A stretch of DNA of 64,000 nucleotides, taken from assembly GCA_001662655.1 (NCBI GenBank), contig KV460211.1. One strand, written 5' to 3'. The position numbers and the translations under genes were made by a program. Below the pieces are notes generated by a model. It saw only the letters and a program-made list of their open reading frames with translations, was not told the origin of the DNA and did no database searches. Origin of the DNA: Pseudogymnoascus verrucosus. Lineage: Eukaryota. Within the stretch, counting starts at the first letter, position 1, and each line of letters begins with the position of its first letter. Of this stretch, positions 21,178-35,083 are shown piece after piece.

Positions 21178-23120
21178 TGCGTGTGGTAATGCTACATATA
21201 TGTATATATTTATATGTGAACTCATATATTAGAATATATAACAAATATTAACAAATATTAACATACGATATTTTGTATTGCGTGTGCTAATGTCGCATAT
21301 TTATTTTATATATAAACTTCTATATATACATTATAATAGGGTATATATGTACTAAGAGCCTTCTTAATTATAATATACAACTAACTATTCTAACGTATAC
21401 TTAAGACTATATAACAAGTACAGACCATAAAAAAAAGTGAAGTATTTTTAACCTAGGACCTTATTTAAAAGCCTATTCTACTCGTGACTCTCGGCTTCCC
21501 CTATTTCCCCATCACAAATCCCTCGGAATAAAGAAAAGGGGGAAAATACTATCAATCACTTTCCTCTAGCATCATCCCATCTCGCGACCGAGTCAAGCGT
21601 ACTCACCGTACCTACCTGCGCCATAGCCGTCCGATCCCGCCTCTGGAAGGGGATAGGATACAGGGATGTCTCACCTAGACACCTCCCTGCCTCCCTATTT
21701 TCCCCTCCATAACTCACCGTGCAAGAACACAGCTGCTATAGCAAAACCCCCCCTCTACCTAGAACCAGCACGTCCATCAATTCTTGCAAATCCCGATTCT
21801 CAACACCCAACCCCCCCCATCCCGCTGTCGGACACGTCGTGATAATCCGGCACTCACTCACCCCAATGCGACGTCGCTGTCCTCCCCCCCCCTAGCCACT
21901 AGCATCCGCTCGGTACCATTCTGTACCGAGGAAGTCTCCCCCGATCCAGCTAAGCGCGCCTCCGATCGCCCTCTCGCTCGCCCTGTAACACCGACACACA
22001 CCTAGGAGACAGCCACACAGAGGCTCCAGAGGCGTAACTCCCCTAACCTCCGTGTGTCGGTCGTCTGGTGTATAATCTCCACGCACCGCGCAATAACACA
22101 TTTCCCGCCCCTCTTGGTGGGAATTATCCCCCCGCCCCCCCCGCGTCGGTGATGAGGGTTTTTTTGGTCGTAAATGATATGATATGGGATGGATTTATGG
22201 TTGTAGATAGTCGTGTAATATCTTGGATATATTTGTTGTTGATGGGGGAATTGGTGAGTATTGTTGATATCTCTATACAAAATATTAATATGTAGTATGT
22301 TATTACTTGCTAATTCTGCTAGTTATGCTAGTTATTGTAGCCCTACAGACGTCGGCACGTCGGGACAAGGCCCTCAAGGGTCCTCCGTAGTCCGTCCCAT
22401 AGAATTTAGAGGATAGAGGAGTGTACCTGCTACTGTGTGGTGGTTCAGTAGTACGGTGGTCTGGTCCGGGGATAGGTACGGGAGGGTACAACTAGGATAC
22501 AACGGGTATATAGCAGCCTCACATCTAGCACATCTAGCACATCTAGCACTGTATAAGCACCCTATAGCACCCTATAGTCACTCCACAGTACTACACACTT
22601 GCCATCTATAGCACTCTGTAGCACACTCTAATACTCCAAAGACTGCACTTTGGGGTTCTGCAGTCTGACGTACAGTACAACAACAACTACTGCTAGATTG
22701 CTCTGTGTTGTACTACTATGCTATATCGACTACTCTAGTCTACTCTATCTTCTATACTATACACGATTGTAGCGCACAACAACACAGCTAGAGTTATCTT
22801 TTAGAGATCTCTATAATCTACTACTCTACTACTAGATATATCTACTCTACTGCTATCATATAAACATTTTCTAGACACCCCATACACAAATCCGTAAATT
22901 ACAGCCACCACATATAATCTGCGCTTATGGTCTCTCCCCCTCTCCCTACCAGCTCGCTTCTTTCCAGTCACGCCGCCATTTCTTGGGAATCGACGTGGGA
23001 GCCACTGAGCCACTGTACTGACTGCTGCACATCTCCATGGTGGAGCACTCTAAACTCAACTACTCTCTACCCTCAATCAGATATACTCTTCCTTCACCAA
23101 CTCTCTCCATTCTAACCCTC
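21100..23120. other. AT/TpA-enriched, RIP-like eroded non-coding tract between the accessory and core compartments
   Basis: Very AT-rich 21.1-21.5 kb; abundant CTAG/CTATAG/TACTA in 22.3-23.1 kb; (CACATCTAG)x3 near 22520. Confidence 0.55.
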
Positions 23121-23547
23121 ACTCTCTTCCAACCAACCACCGACACATCTTGACTGATTCCAACTATCGCTGTCGCCTCCCTCTCCGCCCTCCCCTCCCA
23201 CCTCTCTCCGCCCTTCCGCCCACTGCTCGGTCAGCAAAATTAAAGATACAACCACCCCCCGAATACATACAACCCACCCCTTTCGCCACGATCACTCCTC
23301 GACTTCCTGTTGGACACGAAGGGACGAGGAGACACCCGGATTTTCCCCCTGTACGCGGCCACACATCACACATAATCCCCGAACAGACAGAGAATCTTTG
23401 CGACGACCGACACATCCACCATCCCGACGCTCATCGCGTCGCTGAAACAAAATCCATCGTGGCCCCCCGTAAAAGTCATCGCGACGACTTCGACACCTCC
23501 CCCATTTCATCAGACGTTGTCTTCGGTCGCGAACTTCGTCACCCGCG

Positions 23548-26112
23548 ATGAATAACAACGTGAACATGGCCGCCCTGAACGCCATGGGCGCTGGCGCCGT
23601 CGGTGGCGCCGTGCCCATGATGAACAACGGCGTCCCTGGAAACCAGCGCGCCTTGCCCGTGGACGACTCCCAGCAGAGGGCTCGCCTGAACACATATATC
23701 TACGAATACTTCATCTGCAACGAGATGTACGATTGCGCCAGGGCTCTCATCAATAGCGAGCAGCCCGTCAACCTCCTCAAGGGGAGCCCCAACCAGCAGC
23801 GCGATGCGAACGGGAACCCCGTCGATGGCGCTGGGTCCGACGATATGGAGGACACCAAGGAGGGCATCGATATGAAGAGGCCGGATGACTTACCCGCCCC
23901 CAACCTACCTAGGGAATCTTCCGAGAGTTGCTTCCTCTTCGAGTGGTGGAGCTTGTTTTGGGATATGTTCAACGCGCAGAGGGGCAAATCCGAATCGCAA
24001 AACGCGCAGCGCTATGCAAACTACACACAAGTAAGTCGTGTCGCAACGTAATATTTTGAATGCTCGGTGGCTAATATTCGCGATAGGCTCAATCGAGGTT
24101 CAAGCAGGAGCAACAACAACAGATGCTCCGCGCGATGAGCCAGGGCGGGATGATGGGCATGCGTGGCCAGCCAAATGGCATGGGGATGGCCCCGAACGAC
24201 CTTGCCCGCAAAGCTATGCAGAATAACAATCGTAATATGTATGTTGTGTCCGAAGAATTGGGGTAGAATGGCGCTAATCAGAATCACAGAACTCCCCAGC
24301 AACAAATGCAGTTAATCGCACAACAACAAGCGAAACAGAACCAGCAACTACAACAGCAGCAGATGCAACGAGACGGCTCCGATATGGACGGCAACCGCCA
24401 GCAGAGGCCACAATCACCCGGGTCCGCTGAGGGCGCGCCGTCGCCATCGAAACGCCCCCGCCTCGAAAACGCGCCGTTCAACGCAGCCCAAGGAATGATG
24501 CCGAATGGAAGGGGACAGGGTATTCCGGGCCAGCAGGGTGCCGGTCCCGGTGGCAACGTCGCACCAAACGCGCAGATGCTCCTTGCCAATGGTATCAACC
24601 CTGGCAACTTGACCGCGCAACAATTCCAGAACTTCCCTGGCCAGGCGCAAGGCCCCAAGGCCTTGCAGCAGTACAACAACAACCTCGCCCAGCACCAGCA
24701 AAGCCAGATGCCTAACAAGGGAATGCCCAATCCAAATGGACCGCAAGGCCAGGGCTCTCCCATGATGCCGAACCAAGACGGCAATATTGCGGGCTACTAC
24801 AACGCTGAGACGAGCGGCATGCGACCGGGGGCTAACGTAGGGCCTAATAATGGCAGCCACGCCCTGCAAGATTACCAGATGCAGTTGATGCTATTGGAGC
24901 AGCAGAATAAGAAGCGATTGTTAATGGCCCGACAAGAACAGGATGGATTGACGAATAACCGTGATGGGTCTGGTGGACCTGGACAAGGGGGACCGGGTGG
25001 ACCTGGTGGACCTAATGGACAAGCTTTCCAGGGAACGTCGCCGCAGGGAGCTCGATCTGTTAACTCGCCAAATCCGAATGATATGAAGCGGGGGACACCG
25101 CAGATGAACACGACGGGCGTGCCTTCGCCAGTGCCTGAAGGCCAGTCTCGCGGATCTCCTGGCTCAATGGGTTTCATGCCCGGCAACATCGACCCGAACA
25201 TGACACCTCACTTCTATGGAAAGGTTAATGGAATGGAGGGAGGTATGATTGGTGGTGTGCCGAACGTGATGCGTCCCCCGAGTTCGCATCCTACTGCGTT
25301 CAATGCCAATGGCCAGCCCAACCAGCAGATGATCAACATGCAACGGCAGCAGCAGCAACAGCAGCAGCAGCAGCAGGGCAATGTCAACCAACAAGTCCAG
25401 GGATGGCCTGCTGGGCCTAATGGTACCCCTATGATGCAACAAGCATCGCAACCAGGGGCGCCGACACCTCAGCCAGTTGGGACACCTCAGCAACGCGCCA
25501 TGCCACCGCCATCTGCACCTGCTGTTGCTCAGGCAGCGAACGGCCGCACAACAACCTCTTCCCCACAACAGCCCGCGGCACCCCCCACTCCATCCCAAAC
25601 TACCAAGGCGAACCCCAAGGCAAAGAAGGATACCAAGCCCAAGGTAATTTACTCCCGCTTTCCAACATTTATCATAGTATACTGATGCTAACACTTTTTC
25701 TCAGCGAAACACAAAGAAGGCAGCTCCCGCAGGGGTAACACCCGCCGCCGAGGGTGCCACGGAAGCGGCGACGCCTACACCCGCGACGCCGATCACGCCC
25801 ATGCACGCCCAGAGCTTCAACAAGAACGGGCAGAACAACGGACAAGCGAACGGCCAGCCTGCAGCGCCGGCCGTCTCGCAACCCCCCGTCATCACGCAGC
25901 CACAACCAGAGCCCGTGCAGAACGGCGTGTTCTCGATGGACGACAGCAATTTCATGTCGGGCATGTCGATGGATTTCGCAAACCCGACTGCGGGTGGTGG
26001 CGATGTGCTGCAGGACTTTGACTTCGACTCGTTCCTTAATAACAATGACGATAACCCGGATAACTTCTCCTTCGACGCCACGTTCCTCGATCAAGAAGTT
26101 ATTGCAGAGTAA
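23548..26112 (+). CDS. FLO8: LisH/LUFS-domain transcriptional regulator Flo8/Som1; exons 23548-24030, 24087-24238, 24290-25643, 25705-26112
   Basis: LNTYIYEYFICNEMYDCARAL (LisH), FLFEWWSLFWDMF, PSPSKRPRL (NLS), HALQDYQMQLMLLEQQNKKRLLMARQEQ, C-terminal DVLQDFDFDSFL. Three canonical introns keep the frame. Confidence 0.92.
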
Positions 26113-29062
26113 ACCCCCCCTCTGGCTCCGTCTCTCGTTGCTTTTATATCGAAAAAAGGGGGAGGGTTGCTACACACAACTCATGCGCCCCCAACTCACC
26201 TCACCTCACACACTTAAAGGCGTTTATCATCACTCACTCACATCACATCACATTACGCAAACTACCGACCAATATGGAGATACCTGCGAATAAATGGCGT
26301 TTTCTCGTTCGTTCGTTGTAGTCAAAGTCACCAAACCGGTTATACCACTCCTCTGTGCATTATTCACATCAATCAAACATCTATCATCATTGTTTTCAAC
26401 TTGTTCACTATTCTCCCCTTTTCCCAATTATTTCCTCAATTATCTTGGGTCCGGGAAGGGAGGCGCGCTGGGTCTTTTGCTTTTGCTTTTTCTTTTCTTT
26501 GGTTGGGGGGTTATGGGGAATTTCGCGCGGTTCTTATTTTAGAGAAAGAAAAAGCTGATAGTTCTTTTTTTGATCATCGTCATCGTCGTCGTCGTTGTTG
26601 GTTGGGTCTTGGTCGTTCACTCACCCCACCTCCCCTCTTTTTTTTTTTTGGCTACATACTGCCGCCGTTTGTCAAAAAGGGGGTTCGGAAAGTTCTTTCC
26701 GATGTGGTTGGTTGGGGTCCCCCCCCTGGTCCCCTACTCTCGCTACGCGCTGTGGTGGACGGGGAAAAGAATGCGCGGCTACGGTGGTGGTACGCAGACG
26801 CCCGAACCGAAAAAAAAAATCGCGCAAGGAAAACAGCGGATGGGGGGAGCGAGCGTGCTTGGGCTTGTTCGTGTTCTTGTTACGAGGTGTCTCGGGAGGG
26901 AGTGGGTAAGGAGACGAACAGGCAAGGGGGTGGGGATCGTGCACAACCACTCTATATGCGTGTCTCACAGCGCAACGGAACGCACCACAACACTCTTGTC
27001 GCAGCGCACGAGCCTCGTCGACAGGCTGAATCCAGTAGGGGAGGGTCGAAGTGGGGGGAAAAGAAGAGAGAGTGTTGAGAGTTGAGAGAGAAGGGGATGG
27101 GAGATGGGAGGGAGATGGTGGGGTGGGGTAGGGAGTACGGGAAGGGTAGTCAGGCAGGAAGATCCTTTAACGGTTTCAGGATCTGCTATTTATTAACGGA
27201 AAGTTGGCGTCTCGGGCAGGAATTTGTTTTTGTTGTTCTTGTTTTTCCCTCTCTTTGGTTTTGTGGATATGTTTATTTTGTTTACCTCCCCCTCTGTCTC
27301 TCTGGCGGGGAAGGGGAAGTGGAAGGGGGAGGTGGGCTTGCGTGTAACTCTTTGTTGTTATTGTTTTTTTTTGGGCGCTTGTGCCACCGCGGCGAAGGGG
27401 GGGGACGTACGTAGCTATGTCTGTCTGGCCTGGGTAGGCTGGGATTCAAATGGATGGTGGGGTTGGGGGAGCGGGAGAATGAAAGATGAATTATGGTCAC
27501 CGACTTTTTTGCCCTGTCTTATGTCTCTATCTTGTCTGCCTGCCTGTCTGTGACTGCATCCATGCCTGGTGCTGCTGCTGCTGCTGACGGTGATTGTTAA
27601 TGACCATGATGACGACGATACTGCTAATCTCCCAGATCTGATCGCGCTGTGTGTTTGTTGTAGGCTCTACCTACATGCTGCTGCTGTGCTGCGGTGGTGC
27701 GGTGGTGCGGGGGGGTGTGGTGTAGCATGTGACTAGATCTGATGCTGTGCCCTGTGCTGTGTCGTGTTGTGTAGTGGTGTCGTGATCCCCTTGGCTTGGT
27801 GTGTGGTGATCTGATCGGGAGGATCGGGTGGTATGGAAATGGCGCATCCTACCCCCTCCTCCCGCCCAGCAGCCGTACCGTCCCCCCTTACAGGAGGGCG
27901 TCACGGACACGAAGGCGTTGAGGGCATTGAAGGCGTTGCGGACTCGGATGGCTTTACTGGCTGGACTGGCTTGGCTTGACTGACCGGCTTGCATTAACTA
28001 AGCAAGCTGGCTGACCGGTTCCACTGACAAACCGACCGACTTCACGCCCGCCTTGCCGACGTTACACCCCTTTTTCTCACCGGTCTCGCGTATTTGTCAC
28101 CCCTGATCCCTCACCCTCTCCCTCTCCTAGGGGCCCGTTTTCCGGCAGCTGGCAAAAGCTGGCAGCTGACGGGGTCGGTGAGGATGCGGCCGAGGGGGGA
28201 CTTGGGTATCGATCGGTTGGGATGTGGCTGTGGATCTCCTATAGAAATGGGAGAAGTGGAGATGGTTTGACGTGATGGGGTGGATGAGGTGGATTACCTT
28301 GATGTGGAAGACGGGGGCTGGGATACGCTGCGCCGGGGGGTATGTGGATGGGGATGCAAGGCGGGCGAGGATAGGGGTGTGGGTGACGTGCAGGATGCAG
28401 GGAAGGGGGGCGGCACGGGAAGGAGGAGCGTCGGAGGGGGTTAGGGGTGGGTGAGGGGAGGGAGTAGGGGTTGAGGCGGCAGGGTGGTGTGGTTGCACGG
28501 CGCGTTGGCGGTGTGACGGGGATGGGCGGGCTTCGAGAAGGGGGGCTGGCGGGAGAAGGGAGGGGAGGGGGGTTAGAAGTGTTAGAAGTGTTAGAAGTGG
28601 GGTAGCTGAGGGGGGAAGGAGGTTTCGTCTGATGAGGAGGTGGGTGATGGTGAATGGTAGTAATGGGGGGGTAGGGATTTGGATTTATTTTTTGGGGGTG
28701 GAAATGGAGGAGTGATATTTGGAAAATGTGAGGCTGAGATGATGGGAGGGATTTATGTATGATGATGTATTGTAGCACTAGAAATCACGATTTGGGAATA
28801 TCAAATTTGTGTTTATACAATATATTGATTTCAATGTGTAGAAATGATTAAAAATCCATCCCCTTGACAAAATAACTCGTCTCTTTCAGCCTCGCAGCCT
28901 TACCTCGTCATCGCATCCGTCGCCTTCGCGGCTCCTCAGCCTCGCCCCTCCCTCTCCACTTCCCACCAGCCTCCACCAAAACACCTCTCATCCACAACCC
29001 CATCATCCGCCCTTCCAGAAACCCCTCACCACCTGCACTCACCCACTTTACCCACCTACCCC

Positions 29063-29994
29063 ATGTCCACCCCTCTCCCCGGCGGCTTCCTGCCTACCCC
29101 CCTCTCCCCCACCCCTTCCATCTCCTCCCCCCACACCTACACCAACCTCCCGCACCCGCGGCCGCGCCCCCTCCGCCCGGGCAGCGGCAGAGAAGAGACG
29201 ACGCGGCGGTGGGTCGAGAATGCGCTGTTGAAGGTTTCGAGACGGTATGTGAAGAAGTTCCAGCCGGTGGAGATGAGGGGGCCGGGGGAGGGAGAGGAGG
29301 GGAAGGGGTATGAGAGGATGGGGGATGTGTGTAGGGATTTGGGGGAGGTTGTGGATGTACTTTGGAGGAGTGGGACGCGTGAGTTTGTTCCTTTATTTTC
29401 TTTTCTTTTTCTTGGGCGGGTTGCTTTGGTGGATGCGCTGGGCCCTGGACTCGGGAGGGGGGCGAGCGGGCGGCTCCTTGCGTTTGAAACGGATGTTAAT
29501 ACTGACGTGGTGGGGTAGCGAGTCTGCAGATTCCGTATTTGTTTAATATCGCACTGGCGGTATCGACGTATCTACCAGCGTTTCCAGCTGCGCCGGGGGC
29601 GACATTCGGGTTGTTGAGGAAGATGGACCATGCGCTTGCGAGTTTGTTGGTTGGAAAGGATGTGGCGAGTGGGGAGGCGCTGCCGGGCTTAGAGGAGGAG
29701 GGGAGTGGGATGAGCAGGACGGATATGGTGAGGTGTAAGAGTATTGTTGAGCAGACGCGTGTTGTTGTCGTGGAGGTTATGGGGAGGGAAGGGGAGGTGG
29801 AGGATGAGGGGAGTATGGCTACAGAGACGGAGGATGAGGGGACGGATGGGGGGGGTGCGCAGATGGACTGGGACGAGGACGAATCCGATCTGCATAACAT
29901 GGATGTCGCAAAGGTTTACGAGAACACGATTGTCAGGCTCGATGAGGCGTTGAATCGCGGGACGGCGTATGATGTTGGCGCATCGTCGGGTTGA
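29063..29994 (+). CDS. TFB6: TFIIH-associated Tfb6-like protein; exons 29063-29378, 29519-29994
   Basis: LPHPRPRPLRPGS..SRRYVKKF..DLGEVVDVLWRSGTP|SLQIPYLFNIAL..TFGLLRKMDHALASLL..MSRTDMVRCKSIVEQTRV..VAKVYENTI. Intron GTGAGT..CTGAC..TAG. Confidence 0.7.
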
Positions 29995-30432
29995 ATAATT
30001 CCTTTCCCCGAGTTACACTCTGACGACTGATGCCGAATGATCGACCGTGCATACGACAGTAAGGGATGCTGCCACGTGTGGCGGGGGTCGAGAAACTTCG
30101 GACGGGATCTGGCAGAGAGTCATTTACAAGGCTACCCCCCTAGCTGTTGTTTGCTTGCTCACACCTTGCCTGTACGCCCGGGGGGAGGAGATCGCCGGAA
30201 GTGAAGACTTGCAGAATACGCATAGCTGCATGAATGTCTTGCGGAAGCTAGAGGACAATGGATTACGTGCTTGGCGCCGTGGGTACGAGGGTATCTTATC
30301 GGATCTGTATCTAATAATTGACGTATTTGTTGTCGTGCTTGGGGGTGGCTTCATATTTTGATTATTTCATAGGTTCTACGTGCGCGTCACGGAATAATGC
30401 CGCAACGCAGTGCAACCGTTTACAACGCCGCT

Positions 30433-31942
30433 TCAGCGCCTCCTATATCCGTCATCCCTTCTACTACCACCGCCTCGACTCTCGTAGCCACGGTCACGGT
30501 ATCTATCCCTATCCCTGTCGTCGCGTCTCCTTCCATCGTCTCGTGAATCGTAGTGACGCGTCTCTTTCCTGCGCGGGCTCGGACTCCTGCTTCGTGATTT
30601 TTCACGCCTTTCTGGGCTGCGACTAGGCTTGCCGCCCATTTCACGTTCCCTCTCACCCCTCCTCCGCAGTTCATCCTCGTCATATACCATCCCGTACCTA
30701 TCCCTCCTCACTCCATAGTCGTCTGCCTTATACTGCCTCTTTTTCTCCAGCCCACTCACGCCACCAAATCCGCCACCGCCTTGCCGCCTCTTAGAATTCG
30801 TTGCTGTGCGCCACGAGTCAGAGAGCTTCGACACTGACTGCGAAAAGTCGACGTGGATTCGGTGGTCGTCAATAAGCACCCCTTGCATCTTGAAGTAAGC
30901 TTGCTCGCAAGAAGCCTGGTCTGCATATTCAATAAAGGCGTATTGAAGACTGTCGCCAGTTCGCTTGTCACGAATGACTTCGCAGGAGAGGATAGTGCCA
31001 AAGCGGGAGAAGATCAACTCAAGGTCCTCGTCTAAGGCGGCAGTTAGCATTGTTGGGCTTGAGGCTGATAGCAGTGTCTTACCTGTAGTTACTGGGTTAA
31101 GCTTGCATACAAATAGGACGTTCTCGGGAGGCTTGACTTCAGCGAATGGGAGATCGCCCACCATCTCCAGTGTGAGCGCTTGGGCCCGAGCCTCGCGCTC
31201 TCGCCGTTGCCGTTCCACGGCTTCTGGGTCCGTTGTCTCTTCGAGGTTTTCATCTTCGCCAATACGGACCGTTGCGAGCTGCTCCTTGCTTGGGGGAGGC
31301 GATCCAGGGGGTTCGGTCAATCCGGGTGGGTCGTCGTAAGGGTCATCAAGGACGACAGTATGTTTTATGCGGATATCCACCATAGGCCTCCCCTTCTCGT
31401 CGCATATTGCCTCGTTTATCTTCTCCAGTGCGTCAAATCCCTCAACAACCTTCCCGAATATCGCCGCTTTGCCATCCAGGTAATCCAACTCATCGCCAAG
31501 TGTAATTATAAACTGACTCCCTGCGATTCGCTTGTCGGGGTCTCGTGGTGACTGTACAGTTGCCATGCTCACTGTGCCTCGCTCTGCATGCTTCAGCTTC
31601 GGGTTTAATTCCGCTTCGAACGTCCTCTTCGCTGGGCCATCCAGGATTCCCCATATCGAGCTTCCGCCATCGCTGTGTTTCGAGTCTGGTCCGAGTGGGT
31701 CGCCGCTCTGAAACGAGAAGTTCTTCTGCACGCCATAAACGGGCGAGAAGTTGTAGTACTTGACTTTGCAGAGCTTAAGGAAGCTATATCGAGCGGGAGT
31801 GTTAGGATCTATGTATTCAGCTACTTGGGCGGTGCGGGGGGGGGATATGGGGTTGCACTCACTTCTCGCAGAGCTTTGGCGCGTAATCGACAAGAAGGTC
31901 GATGACGATGTCGCCAGCAGAGGTCTCCAAGAGAACACTCAT
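30433..31942 (-). CDS. PPIL4: Cyclophilin-RRM protein PPIL4 (Cyp6/Rct1); exons 31942-31863, 31783-31083, 31031-30433
   Basis: [90 protein letters not shown], and an R/D/S-rich tail. Confidence 0.95.
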
Positions 31943-34900
31943 GATTCCTATTGGATCGTAAAATATTAAGCAGCGTTTGATTGTGAATTGTGCTTTGCTA
32001 CAATCCGCCGTCTCTATTGCACAAACTCATGTCCAAAAACACGTATATTCGTCACTAACCAAGTAGCTCCCCTCATAAATCGCGAGGGTCGAGCCTTGCG
32101 ATCGATCGATCGGTGGGGATAGGCGCCCAGACGCGGCTATTTACTGGAGCTCCACTCACGCGCCATCCCTAACAACCCAAGGAAGGTTTGCTTCCTTGCT
32201 TCGTCATGCACATCATTTTATTTCTACGCAAGGGATCCCTAATCATAAATTTAGACATCAATCTCTAATCCCTCAGATTACTCGTAGCAAAGCGGCGACC
32301 ATCATTATATTTCCAGCCCCCTACAAATATACCTATCATTATTCCTACTTGTGCAACAACCTGGTCCTTGGCTGTCCGACTGAGAGGTCTCTACTGGCTG
32401 CAGGATTGAAGATTGCTCTTTGTCTCACAAGTTGGCGGTGAATGCCTGCGCACCCTGACCTTGTAACAAACAACCTATTCATATACCAACCAATCACAAA
32501 ACAGAAATTTAGCAGCAAACTAACATATGTCTCTAGACGCTCTCATGGTCTTGACGCCTCTTGACGCCTCTTTGCAACCCCTTGGAGCACTCCCATATCA
32601 TCTGCAGCACACATGTACGACTGTACGATACTTACAATACTGTACAAGTACATCTCTTATTTGTATATCCGCCTCAGAGATTTGACTGTTTTTACCTTTC
32701 CATTTATGTCCTTATGCAGCCTTCAAGCATCCAAGGGGTGTCGGTGAAGGGTCCCGCAAGCACACTCCGATAGATGTCTGTTGTCGCCCTGGCATAGACT
32801 AAACTTGGTCTCGGCCGCATGCATTCTGGAATACCACCACTGCTGTCGCCTTTGGCAGAACCCCACTACCACTGGAGCTTTCATACGGTAAACGAAGCTG
32901 ACCTCTTATCTTCCGTGGAAAACCCCCGCATATGTAGGGTCAGGGTCCATGTGAAAGGAGGGGGGCGGATCTTTTTTCGGAGACCGCCTCATATTCCCTA
33001 CCTGGTGGCTGTTTAGCAATCCTCCGAGCCCGCGTCCGCTTATTCCTTGGAGACCACATCTCGCTCCTTGCTACAACGGGCAAATGCCTTGCTCAGAAGT
33101 ACCAAACACAAATTAACAGGGGTACTACTGCTTACCACGTGCTGGGGATGGAAACGTTTGGAAGCTAAGGATGGTGGGATTTGAGTAAATGCAGTTCTGA
33201 ATATGGAATGAAGCAGCTCAGATATTCTCCAATGGCTCAGAATCACGAGCCTCGTGCTTTATGTTACCACACGGGTCATACGAGAGTTTGAAAGTAGTCC
33301 TTTCTGTTGCAGGTCAAGGTCGTCCGTATAGATCTCGAAAATATCGGAGAGCGAGGCCAACCCTGCATCTACCTACGATCACGGAATGCAAGTCATAGGC
33401 CACAGAACATGTCTTGCTTGTCCCTCCCTATCCGCTAGAGACAGCCAGGGAACATGGGAAAGGCGATGTTTGAGCTTGCCCTCGTCTGTCTTCCACAAAT
33501 TGATTCATTATTAGATTTTGGCCACGACTGTCTCCTGCCAATCGATTCATTATTAGATCCTTGTTATACTGGGAATGGGAATACTGGGTTTCGAAAGGAC
33601 ATTATTTCTGGGTCGAATTTCATGACAAATTTCTCACGTCGTGGACCAAAGTTTGCCGACCCAATGGCATTCAACCGCATGAAGTCACCGTGTTACCCTG
33701 CGTACATGAGGCCGGATTATTCTTTCATTTTATATCATTGACATGCAAGTGCTTCTGCTGACTCATCGCCTTCCTGCAACATGTACATCCAATGCATTCA
33801 TTTCCACCGTCCAAGCAAATCCCAGCCATGTCCGCGCATTCGCTCATCTGACCCGGTTCTAAAGTCGGATGCAAGAAGTGGAAGCTTCACAGCTTTTCCG
33901 TACAACGAATATATCATAAATGAGGGGCACATAGGGGCCTCTTACAGAGTGGAACGAGACCCCTTTGGGGCTGGCCTTGCATTAAGCAAACACAAGCTCT
34001 GGCACTTGCTGAACGGGAGTAACCGTCGAGTCTAGTAACTTTGAGAAGCTCAAAATCAATATAGCTCGTTCCAAAATTACTTGCGCTGAGAAAGTAAATT
34101 ACTGGGAAATTTTCCTTGTGTCATTCTATAAATGCAGTGCTTTGGCTATTAATATCACTTACAGAGCCCGTTTGGCCCGTTGAATCGTTTCCATGATGCA
34201 GTATTCTCCCTTCGCCTGCGCATCATAAATTATTCCAAAAAAAGATATTTCTAGAGAGCTTGGCCAAGATGTACCTCTGCTGAATAGGTTACTAATATGG
34301 AATGCAATGGGGAGAGCCGGAAAGCTACAGCCTACCTTAACTTATGTTATATTCATGGGCGCAACTGAGGTGACCTGGACTCATGGCGTCCTCCAAGTCG
34401 CTGTGCTTGGCAAATCTATTCGTTTGATAGTGAACAGTCTCATGAACCCGAGACAGCTTATTACACCTGACTTATTATACGTTGCTTTGAGTGAAGAGTC
34501 AATAGCAATCTTCCCCGCGGCCCAAACAGACTCTGTCTGTGTATTCTCAGTGGCTGGTTAAATCCGTTTGTTAAACGCTGTCGATTCATATCTGTGTGAA
34601 TATTTGATACGAAGCTCTCCTGAGAGACAGACGAACAGAGAAATATGCAGGCGCCCATAGCTCAGGCGCCACAAAATACCACTTAGGTACAGTCGTCTCT
34701 ACGGGGAGTTATGGAGGCACATACCGTGGTGGTACGAGGCTACAGGGTTGCAAAACGACCCTGTGCTGATCTATCGCATTTACTGCCCCCGCATACTATT
34801 CGCGAGATGGTGCAAACACTCCACGCGGGGGATATAACAATACATGGATGGCCTCCGCAACCCCACGATTTCTCTAACTTATCTCCCATTATATGTATGA

Positions 34901-35083
34901 CATGAGATTGAGCATACCATGACCTACGCCTCCCTGCTGCAGATACTGAACTTGGTTGATTCTCACTTCTATTTACAGGAGTCAAACTATCATAGCGGTG
35001 GATAAATTGGAGTGAGTTCCCAAGGTTTTCATATTCTAAGAAATCATAAGGCATATATACTGACGGGGAAAAAATCGTAGAAC

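Noticed and set aside
26294..28778. Several 100-225 aa ORFs on both strands
   Set aside because: Low-complexity products expected from skewed, stop-poor sequence; no coding signature.
32196..35000. Short ORFs and small duplications (TTGACGCCTC x2; GATTCATTATTAGAT x2) in the long spacer
   Set aside because: No recognisable domains or consistent exon chain; treated as intergenic.
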